Shown here in pieces: positions 51,072 through 58,451 of a stretch of DNA of 64,000 bases. A program made the translations under genes and the position numbers. The DNA is from a virus (lineage: Duplodnaviria; Caudoviricetes), in IMG/VR virus record IMGVR_UViG_3300021387_001774, positions 160,001 through 224,000 of that record. The stretch is one strand, 5' to 3'. Under the pieces are notes generated by a model. It was not told the DNA's origin and did no database searches. It was given only the letters and a program-made list of their open reading frames with translations. Every line of letters begins with the position of its first letter. The first letter of the stretch is position 1.

Positions 51072-51338
51072 ATGGTATTTTACAATTCATTGACCGGATA
51101 TGTAAACGTTAAGGATCTTTCAAAAGATGTTTTTGAAAGTATTATGAAAAAGATTGGATGTGAATATTCTATCCATAAAGAAGATGGGGAAGAATACTAT
51201 AAATTCACATACAAGCGTACAAACAATTTTTCAATGTCTAATGGAACTGCAGCTAAATTAGATTTTAGTGGAGTTACAATGGAAGATGTTGATTTAGTCG
51301 CCAATCAATTAACTGAAACTGTTGATAATTTGGTTTAA
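51072..51338 (+). CDS. hypothetical early protein
   Basis: Start moved to 51072 (AAGGAAGGAAG SD); promoter at 51010 and GAAA leader hairpin. Confidence 0.7.
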   Translation: MVFYNSLTGYVNVKDLSKDVFESIMKKIGCEYSIHKEDGEEYYKFTYKRTNNFSMSNGTAAKLDFSGVTMEDVDLVANQLTETVDNLV

Positions 51339-51351
51339 GAGGGTAGATAGA

Positions 51352-51525
51352 ATGAATGATAAAGTTAATTTCGATTCTGTCTATATTGATGATTACGTCA
51401 ATGCGAAAGAGCCTGATAAAAAGGAATTCGCAATGATACGTGCTAGGTTTTATGTAAAAGATAAATATGGGGTCGTTGTAGAAGATCCTATAAAATATCT
51501 TATTGCTATAAGATCTGGTAAATAA
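51352..51525 (+). CDS. small hypothetical protein
   Basis: GAGGGT SD, terminator at ~51526-51560. Confidence 0.6.
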   Translation: MNDKVNFDSVYIDDYVNAKEPDKKEFAMIRARFYVKDKYGVVVEDPIKYLIAIRSGK

Positions 51526-51565
51526 AATAAATAGGGGAGAATTAATTCTCCCCTATTTATTTTTT

Positions 51566-52768
51566 TTAATTCATTGTTGCTACAGTTATTGATTTTTTTG
51601 CTCTAGTTATACCAGTATATAACCAGCGGAAATATATGTGTGATGGTATTCTGTCTTCGACTACTAGTAATACATTATCGGCTTCTGATCCTTGATATTT
51701 ATGTACAGAAGCAGCATATCCATAGTCAATCATACATATATCACCTAATGTTTCATCATCTATATTTTCATTATATAGCTCTTCTATAAATGCTTCTTTA
51801 GCTGGATTCTTTTGATACTGCTCAAATATTTGACAGAAGCATTTAGGTTTCAATGATAATTCAGGATTAGTATTATCTAAGAAATCTGGAGTGAAATTTA
51901 GATCGACTAATTCTAAATCATTATAATCTGTAATCTTTGCATCTTGATTTACAATACCAAACATTCCATTTATAATATAAATAGGAATATCTTGGTAATC
52001 AATCATGTAATTATAATTATTCATTAAACACATAATTCGTTCACCTTTTACTGGATAAACACTTGTATATCCTTTAAGTTGACGAATATATAAATTTAAT
52101 TTTCTTCTCATAGCATTTGAAAAACAAAGTACTATGTCGTAATCTAATATTTTTTCACCAATTTCTTCAAAATGTACCACTTTACTAGCATTATAAGTTC
52201 CATATTCCAATTGTTGACAACTTCTAGCTATACTAGCTAATTGTAATATACCACTAGAGTCATCTTGTCTCATAGGTTTTGATAAGAATACATCTGAATA
52301 TTTTTCAGGTTCTGCAATCAAAAAATTAATTTTTCCGAGACAAGGTAACTGAAACCAGTCACCTAAACAAATAGTCGGAACTCCAAACGATAATATATCT
52401 TGTAGCATTTTTTCTGTAACCATAGAAACTTCATCTATAACTATAAGTTTTATATTTGGATTAATATGTTTTTTGAGATTAAACCCAAATGAAGTTCTCG
52501 TTTTGAATACAGAATAAAATGTTTTATGCACTGTGTTAGCTGGATTACCTTTCATTCTTAGAACTAAAGCTGCTTTACCAGTTAATGTACAGAAAATTAC
52601 ATCTTGATTATTTAATCCTAGCATTTTAATAATGATACTAAGTACAGTTGATTTACCAGTTCCTGCTAAACCAAATATAGTAAAATATGGTTTAAATACA
52701 GAATCAGTAAAATACCATTGTACACATTTCTTCACAGCGTCTAACTGTTGATCATTTAAAGTAATCAT
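51566..52768 (-). CDS. Dda/RecD2-like SF1B helicase
   Basis: LNDQQ, GLAGTGKST, TGKAA, TVH, DEVSMV, GD..QLP, MRQ, YAASVHKYQGSE, LYTGITRAK. Confidence 0.92.
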   Translation of the reverse strand: MITLNDQQLDAVKKCVQWYFTDSVFKPYFTIFGLAGTGKSTVLSIIIKMLGLNNQDVIFCTLTGKAALVLRMKGNPANTVHKTFYSVFKTRTSFGFNLKKHINPNIKLIVIDEVSMVTEKMLQDILSFGVPTICLGDWFQLPCLGKINFLIAEPEKYSDVFLSKPMRQDDSSGILQLASIARSCQQLEYGTYNASKVVHFEEIGEKILDYDIVLCFSNAMRRKLNLYIRQLKGYTSVYPVKGERIMCLMNNYNYMIDYQDIPIYIINGMFGIVNQDAKITDYNDLELVDLNFTPDFLDNTNPELSLKPKCFCQIFEQYQKNPAKEAFIEELYNENIDDETLGDICMIDYGYAASVHKYQGSEADNVLLVVEDRIPSHIYFRWLYTGITRAKKSITVATMN

Positions 52769-52789
52769 ATATTGTTGTGTTTCTGGAAA

Positions 52790-52901
52790 AAAATAAAAAG
52801 GAGGAGATCGCTAACTGGGTGGGAAGAAATGCGACCTCCTCCTAACATAAGGAAGAAAAATGGGGAAAGCTATTAGAGAATGGACACTCTATAGCTTCCA
52901 T
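52790..52901 (-). ncRNA. stand-alone sRNA with anti-SD/anti-AUG linker and loop
   Basis: Early-type promoter at 52906-52920 (minus), hairpin 1, linker CCAUUUUUCUUCCUUAU, 13-bp terminator hairpin with loop AUUUCUUCCCACCC and U-tract. Confidence 0.65.
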
Positions 52902-52976
52902 GTAAATAATATATAATTATAAATTCTTTTATTTTTATTCTAAAATATATCTATATAATGTTTTAGGAGTTTAATT

Positions 52977-53501
52977 ATGTCTAATAAAAAAGAAAAAGAT
53001 GTAGAAATGACTAATTATCAGGAATATTTTAAACCTGAATTAGATGCACTTGATAACCAATATAATAAGAATGAAAAATTGTATGATGAAGTGCATAAAA
53101 GTCTTGAGAAAAAGCTCGATACACTAGAAGGTAAATCTATGTTTGGTTCTGGTTCACCACATCGTGATGTAGCAGAACTTGGTAAAGTGCTTAATGATAT
53201 TCGTGGTAATCAGGTTCAAACTATTAAAGAAAGGACCAATGTAAAGAAGACTATTAAAGATTTTGAATTACGTGAACGTAATCTTAATACTGCTACTACT
53301 GAAACAGAAGCACTTCAGGAAGTTATGAAGAAAGTAGTAACAAGTATTCAATATAGTAATCCTACAGCTGTTTTACCTACTGCTAGTGAAAAAGCTAATA
53401 ATGATGGCATAGAAAAACTTAAAGATCTTGATCCTCAAAAGTTAGGTTTGAATGAGAATGATCTAAAGATGATTGACCGTTTTAAGAAAGCAAATTCTTA
53501 A
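52977..53501 (+). CDS. hypothetical coiled-coil protein
   Basis: 174 aa, AGGAG SD. Confidence 0.8.
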   Translation: MSNKKEKDVEMTNYQEYFKPELDALDNQYNKNEKLYDEVHKSLEKKLDTLEGKSMFGSGSPHRDVAELGKVLNDIRGNQVQTIKERTNVKKTIKDFELRERNLNTATTETEALQEVMKKVVTSIQYSNPTAVLPTASEKANNDGIEKLKDLDPQKLGLNENDLKMIDRFKKANS

Positions 53502-53510
53502 GGAGTAATA

Positions 53511-55502
53511 ATGAATCTTCTTAAAGATACACCGTGTACATTCCGTTATGGTTTGTATCATACATCAGATCATAAAGTTCTTATAGTGTTTCTAAAATCT
53601 AAAGAAGAAATTAATGATTATTCTAGTACTATTCTAGAAACACTCTATGAAAATGCTATATTTCTTAATTATAAAATAAATAAGAACGAAACCGTTAAAG
53701 TTACATGTAGTGATAATCAAGTAACTATGAAACAATTCGATTCAGATATTAACAATTATTGTAAAAAATATGGTAATACTACAGATGAAATACGTGTAAT
53801 AAATGCAACACCAGAGCATAAATTGCTTTTTGGTATTGATGTATTTACTACTATAGTAAATAATACAAAGAATCTGTATATGGAACTTGGTGAAAGTGGT
53901 TTTCATGTTAGTTCTTCAGAGTTTAATACGCTTGATACGTTTACTATTCAAACAGGTAAGTTATATCCAGAATCAACAGTTAATCTTTATGTAAAGAAAA
54001 TATCTGTTATGAATCTAGAAATAACTGTAGCTAATAAAGATGAAGATATTCATGCTTTTAACTTTATTATTTCTTCGTTTGCAAATATAATTTATCTCAA
54101 ACTCTATTCTACTATTACTACAATTATTACTGCTGGTTCTAAAGAAGGCGAAAATATTTCTAATGCAAAACTTATTTCTAACTATATTGAATTTTATGGT
54201 GAAGAAAAAGTAGAAGATAATAATAAAGAACGATTAGGAATATTTGGATTCAAGAGTGCATTAATTGGTGAGATTCAAGTAAATGAAGAAGTTGTTGTAG
54301 GTAATATTCTTAAAGTTGATAAATTAGTTTCATTTACTTTAAATAGATTTCATAGAAAGATTAATTCTATGTCTAATGGATATGGGGTTTGTATATATAG
54401 AGTAGCTAATGTAAATCTTTCTGATTTATCATATGAGATAACTAAAGATTCCGATATTCCTAAGGATGTATCTATTGTACATTTCCTTAAAGATACAGAT
54501 AGTGGTTTCCATAAAAAGATATTTTTATACAATTCTTCTATTAAAAATGCGACCGATAATAATATTACGTTACTTTCATTAGAAGAAACAACTGTAGAAA
54601 ATGTTTATATTTCTGATTGTGAAATTGGTAATGGAGTAACATTTATAAAGAAACACGACGATACTGAAATATTAAAATTAACATTTAATAATATTACTAT
54701 GGATGTTATAGAAGATATCTTGTTTAATAATGTAGATAAACTCTATTTTACAAATTGCATATTTACTACTCTTGGTACTATAAGTGTAACTAGCGAATTT
54801 ATAAGTATCAACGGAGGAATGTGGAAGTTTAAGAAGTGTGAACTTGGAAATAGTAACTTTATTTCACATAATGTAAATATACAGAATGTTGAATTCCATG
54901 GAGACATCTTTAATGTATTAAATGATAGAGCAAATTCTCTAGATGGAAAATTTTTCGATAATGATAGTAAAATAGATGTAGAAAAAATAACTGTTGATGG
55001 ATATCAGACATCTTTAGCTGGTACCGTGTTATATAGCAAATCGTTTGTATGTGGTTGTGATAAAACACTTACTTTAACTCGTGCAACTATAGATATAAAA
55101 GAATCCTCAGAAATTACAGCAAATTGTTCATTGTCTGGTACTCTTATGGCTATTAGTGATGATCCAGAATACAAACTAAACATTAAAGTAGAAGATAAAG
55201 AGAAGTTCTTATCTAATAATACCTTAGATATTATAAGTATTGGTGGAGAATCACCAATTATTAAATGTATTACAAATAATACATTAAAGGTGAAACTTAT
55301 AAATGATAGTAATGATATTTTCTATATTGATTATCTTAGTGATTATAATTCTGATCAGAACTCTAGAATAACTTTTGTACCATTATTTGATAATCCTATA
55401 GATTACAAAGTTATCACAGATACTGAAAAACTTGTTCAGATAAATAAAATGGAATCCTCCAAAGAAAATAGCGATATAGTTTTTGAAGTAATCAAAAAAT
55501 AA
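53511..55502 (+). CDS. hypothetical protein with probable beta-helix region
   Basis: 663 aa with repeated I/F-x-N/D-C-x-I/F strand patterns; AAGGAG SD. Confidence 0.75.
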   Translation: MNLLKDTPCTFRYGLYHTSDHKVLIVFLKSKEEINDYSSTILETLYENAIFLNYKINKNETVKVTCSDNQVTMKQFDSDINNYCKKYGNTTDEIRVINATPEHKLLFGIDVFTTIVNNTKNLYMELGESGFHVSSSEFNTLDTFTIQTGKLYPESTVNLYVKKISVMNLEITVANKDEDIHAFNFIISSFANIIYLKLYSTITTIITAGSKEGENISNAKLISNYIEFYGEEKVEDNNKERLGIFGFKSALIGEIQVNEEVVVGNILKVDKLVSFTLNRFHRKINSMSNGYGVCIYRVANVNLSDLSYEITKDSDIPKDVSIVHFLKDTDSGFHKKIFLYNSSIKNATDNNITLLSLEETTVENVYISDCEIGNGVTFIKKHDDTEILKLTFNNITMDVIEDILFNNVDKLYFTNCIFTTLGTISVTSEFISINGGMWKFKKCELGNSNFISHNVNIQNVEFHGDIFNVLNDRANSLDGKFFDNDSKIDVEKITVDGYQTSLAGTVLYSKSFVCGCDKTLTLTRATIDIKESSEITANCSLSGTLMAISDDPEYKLNIKVEDKEKFLSNNTLDIISIGGESPIIKCITNNTLKVKLINDSNDIFYIDYLSDYNSDQNSRITFVPLFDNPIDYKVITDTEKLVQINKMESSKENSDIVFEVIKK

Positions 55503-55531
55503 TTATATATTATTTATTTGGAGGTCAAGTT

Positions 55532-55798
55532 ATGGAAACATATGTATTTTCAACTGATGAAAAACAAGCTAAACCAAACAGTATTATTCTTAAAAGGTAC
55601 AAAATACCCTTTCTAAGAATAGAGAAAGAGTACAAAGTAGATGAGAATGGAAAGAAACACAAAACAAGAACCGAAGTATCAATGTGTGAAGACAAAGATA
55701 TGGGAAAATCGGCAGCAATAGTCATTGTATCAAGTATAGGATTTTCTACACTGTGTACAGGACTTGCAAAACTTGTAAATGCTTTTAAGAAAAATTAA
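55532..55798 (+). CDS. small tail-anchored protein
   Basis: 88 aa, C-terminal hydrophobic helix, early-type promoter at 55501, terminator at ~55802-55830. Confidence 0.75.
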   Translation: METYVFSTDEKQAKPNSIILKRYKIPFLRIEKEYKVDENGKKHKTRTEVSMCEDKDMGKSAAIVIVSSIGFSTLCTGLAKLVNAFKKN

Positions 55799-55836
55799 TT
55801 AATAAGAGTGGTCCTAACGACCACTCTTATTTTTTT

Positions 55837-56228
55837 TTACTGTTCAAACTATACCATCTAATTATATATTATATTAATGAGGTAAAGATTAGGGAGGGTA
55901 CACCACACCCTCCCTAAAATTGTGTTATCTCAAAGGAGGTAATCAGTATGCTTTTTAAATACTATTATTCGTTCCTAGACGAAGATGGTAACCTGAAAGC
56001 TGATCATACTTATCTTAGTAGAGATGAGTTCATCAGAATTACAGGTGGAATAGATCCTGTTGAAGCTGGTGCCGAAGTTTACCGAAGGCATTAAATTTCA
56101 ACAGGATCAAGTTCTTTGAGATAATATACTATAATGTATAATATTAAATAGAAAAATATTCTTTATAATGAAGCTTCGTTGAAAACATTATAAAGAATGA
56201 CAGGTCAACTAACAGTACCTGTTTTTTA
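55837..56228 (+). repeat. dispersed cassette copy 2 (homolog of 13137-13576)
   Basis: Same order of conserved blocks as copy 1, with compensatory changes in stems. Confidence 0.9.
55948..56094 (+). CDS. 48-aa small protein, paralog of 13252-13419 (absent from the ORF track)
   Basis: AAAGGAGGT SD; MLFKYYYSFLDEDGNLKADHTYLSRDEFIRITGGIDPVEAGAEVYRRH. Confidence 0.8.
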   Translation: MLFKYYYSFLDEDGNLKADHTYLSRDEFIRITGGIDPVEAGAEVYRRH

Positions 56229-56285
56229 TTTTTTCTGTTCAACGTGCAAGTATAATTATATATTATATGTATGGGAGGTGTTAAG

Positions 56286-56531
56286 ATGAATAGTCTGGAT
56301 CTACTTTGTCTTAACGTTGTTGCCCCTGTTAAAAAGATTGAACAAAGTGGGTTGTTCAATAATAAATATAGGGGAACAGGGATTGACTTTCAGAAGATGA
56401 TAGAAGAAGAATCTAAAAAGTCTTCTGGAAGAAAAGAAGAGGTTCGTTCAAGTACCTCAAATCAAAACTTGGATTATGCCTATATTGCCATGGCTTCTTT
56501 CTTGGTAAAGAAAGATGACAAGAAAATATAG
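56286..56531 (+). CDS. hypothetical early protein
   Basis: GGAGGTG SD before ATG 56286; promoter at 56254; terminator at ~56540-56570. Confidence 0.7.
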   Translation: MNSLDLLCLNVVAPVKKIEQSGLFNNKYRGTGIDFQKMIEEESKKSSGRKEEVRSSTSNQNLDYAYIAMASFLVKKDDKKI

Positions 56532-56587
56532 GCAAAATAAAAAGAAGTATCCAGGATAGATACTTCTTTTTTTAAGGGAGAACAGTT

Positions 56588-56989
56588 ATGAAAAAGAAAT
56601 TATTTATATTCTTTTTATTTATTTTATTTTTTGTTATTAATTCTGGTGCATTAGGTAATGAGATTGTTAAGACAGAAGTGAAAAATGGTCTTTATAAATA
56701 TAATAGAGATATTAATATAGAATGGATTTATTATAAAGACTATAATGAAGTTTTATGTTTTTCATACATGGAAATGACTGAAGAAATCGATAAAGATAAT
56801 CATCATAAATATGGAGATGAACTCGAATCTGCAACATACATTTTTGTTTCATATTATAAGAATTATTTTTATAGTTCTAAACACTATAAATCTTATAAAT
56901 TTTTAAAGAAGAATTTACATTATAATGTGATACTAAAAGATGGAAAAAGCTATATTATTATGGAAATGAGATTCATATTAAAACAATAA
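56588..56989 (+). CDS. secreted/membrane-anchored protein
   Basis: Signal-peptide-like MKKKLFIFFLFILFFVINSGALG; GGGAG SD. Confidence 0.7.
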   Translation: MKKKLFIFFLFILFFVINSGALGNEIVKTEVKNGLYKYNRDINIEWIYYKDYNEVLCFSYMEMTEEIDKDNHHKYGDELESATYIFVSYYKNYFYSSKHYKSYKFLKKNLHYNVILKDGKSYIIMEMRFILKQ

Positions 56990-56999
56990 AAATATTTTT

Positions 57000-57073
57000 G
57001 AGCCTATAGCTCAGTTGGTTAGAGCTGCAGACTCATAATCTGTAGGTCCTTGGTTCAAGTCCAAGTAGGCTCA
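57000..57073 (+). tRNA. tRNA with CAT anticodon (Met or lysidine-Ile2)
   Basis: GAGCCTA/TAGGCTC, loop CTCATAA, TTCAAGT T-loop. Confidence 0.93.
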
Positions 57074-57076
57074 TTT

Positions 57077-57198
57077 GGTAATAGGAATGAAGATAGAAAG
57101 GTTGTTACACAAGAAATCTTTTTATTGAGATATGTCTTTGAGTGTACAATAGGGGATATATCGAGATAAAATAATATTTTCATTCATTAACTATTGCC
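57077..57198 (+). ncRNA. putative structured RNA in tRNA spacer
   Basis: GGTAATAG/CTATTGCC, GAATGAAGATA/TATTTTCATTC and GATATGTCTTT/GGGGATATATC nested stems. Confidence 0.5.
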
Positions 57199-57212
57199 GT
57201 TAGATAATAATA

Positions 57213-57328
57213 AACAACTCAAGTGTATTAAAACTGAGACAATGATAGATAATCGGCCGTAAAAAATCTTGTTTTCTAAACTCTTTATTATCATCAGATA
57301 AATAAAGAGCTAGTTTTAATGAGTTGTT
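57213..57328 (+). ncRNA. putative structured RNA (3-way junction) in tRNA spacer
   Basis: AACAACTCA/TGAGTTGTT, ATTAAAACT/AGTTTTAAT, GAGACAA/TTGTTTT, CTCTTTATT/AATAAAGAG. Confidence 0.5.
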
Positions 57329-57334
57329 AATTTT

Positions 57335-57399
57335 CGTCTTATAGCTCAGTGGTAGAGCGGTGGACGCATAATCCGTTGGTCCGAATCCAAGTAAGACTC
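57335..57399 (+). pseudogene. degenerate tRNA (CAT) lacking the variable loop and part of the T-stem
   Basis: GTCTTA/TAAGAC acceptor, canonical D-arm, loop CGCATAA (G33), TTGG-TCCGAAT-CCAA abutting the anticodon stem. Confidence 0.65.
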
Positions 57400-57468
57400 A
57401 TATTTTAAGTATTTAAACTAAATATAATATAATTATATATTATATTAGTGAATAAAGAAATTTATTTT

Positions 57469-57549
57469 GGGGAAGTGGTGGAATGCAGACACATGAGCCT
57501 TAAGAGCTTACGCCGTATTGGCATACGGGTTCGAGTCCCGTCTTCCCTA
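57469..57549 (+). tRNA. tRNA-Leu(TAA)
   Basis: GGGGAAG/CTTCCCT, loop CTTAAGA, long variable arm, TTCGAGT T-loop. Confidence 0.92.
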
Positions 57550-57550
57550 A

Positions 57551-57660
57551 GGCAGAAAACATAAGTCTATCGTGAAAAGGGATTAAGTTCCCCTATGATA
57601 GATGGTCGAACTAGGATGGAATATCCTCAGGAAGAGAGTTTTGCACGTATTAGATCTTCC
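57551..57660 (+). ncRNA. putative pseudoknotted RNA directly after tRNA-Leu
   Basis: GCAGAA/TTTTGC, TCTATCGTG/TATGATAGA, AGGAT/ATCCT, crossing GGAAGA/TCTTCC. Confidence 0.5.
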
Positions 57661-57672
57661 AACTTTGTTTAA

Positions 57673-57820
57673 GGTATAGCAAAACGGCTAGTCATTGATA
57701 CGTATCATTAGGTGATAGGACTTCTTAAGCGTAGTTCAAACCATTATAGTTGAAACTTATTGCTGGGAAGACTTAATGATATTAGTACTTTGATTGTGAG
57801 TTCGATCCTCACCTATACCA
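57673..57820 (+). ncRNA. tRNA-like RNA with a long rod replacing the anticodon arm
   Basis: GGTATAG/CTATACC-A acceptor, GTGAG-TTCGATC-CTCAC T-arm, stemless GG-containing D region, four stacked helices. Confidence 0.7.
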
Positions 57821-57823
57821 ATC

Positions 57824-58077
57824 GGTGGTTTATAACAAAGTGGCTAAAAAGTATGCCCACCATCAAGCTTCTTTCTTCATTGTATACTGGGGAGAAAAGA
57901 AGTATAAATATCCTACCACGCATGCGTGATCGCTTATACTGCTGTAGCCATGAGAAAGTCGCTAGTATAAGACGGAAGAGTAGGTACTTTTACAAATGAA
58001 CAGTCCCTTTGCCTGTTTCGAGAACGACGGCATTTGTAGAAGTAATGGTTTATAGCTGGTTATGAAATAGGCACTTT
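57824..58077 (+). ncRNA. ~255-nt multi-pseudoknot structured RNA
   Basis: At least nine helices, including long-range pairings (see findings); bounded by the tRNA-like RNA and tRNA-Lys. Confidence 0.7.
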
Positions 58078-58150
58078 GGACTTTTAGCTCAGTTGGTAGA
58101 GCAACGCCCTTTTAAGGCGTGGGTCGCGGGTTCAAATCCCGCAAAGTTCA
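58078..58150 (+). tRNA. tRNA-Lys(TTT)
   Basis: GGACTTT/AAAGTTC, loop CTTTTAA, TTCAAAT T-loop. Confidence 0.95.
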
Positions 58151-58157
58151 TTTTTAT

Positions 58158-58230
58158 TCGGATGTCGTCAAGTGGTAAGACAATGGCTTTTGGTGCCATC
58201 ATTCCGCAGGTTCGAATCCTGCCATCCGAA
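58158..58230 (+). tRNA. tRNA-Gln(TTG)
   Basis: TCGGATG/CATCCGA, loop TTTTGGT, TTCGAAT T-loop. Confidence 0.93.
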
Positions 58231-58232
58231 AG

Positions 58233-58354
58233 AGTATATAGGTGAAGGGCAACAACCTGTATACTTATATGATTAGAGCCAACTTGGTAGAGGCTTTAGT
58301 TGTATGTACCTCTTATATTGAAGAGTGGGTTTCGCCGCCCACTCTTCTTTTTTT
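58233..58354 (+). ncRNA. tRNA trailer: two hairpins, ACCTCTT linker, terminator
   Basis: AGTATATAGGT/ACCTGTATACT, ATATGATTAGAGCC/GGCTTTAGTTGTAT, GAAGAGTGGG/CCCACTCTTC plus U-tract. Confidence 0.55.
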
Positions 58355-58451
58355 ATACTGTTAGAGAGAGAGTGTCAATTATATATTATATTAATAGTAA
58401 GGAATGGAAATTGGTTCCATATCCGAAAGAGATTTCATTAAGGAGTCAATT

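Noticed and set aside
57950-57962. RNase P RNA (GAGAAAGTC resembles GAGGAAAGUC)
   Set aside because: The matching 3' P4 consensus is not found and the helix order does not fit.
57760-57999. 79-aa ORF in the tRNA cluster
   Set aside because: TTG start without an SD; overlaps a T-arm and a densely paired RNA.
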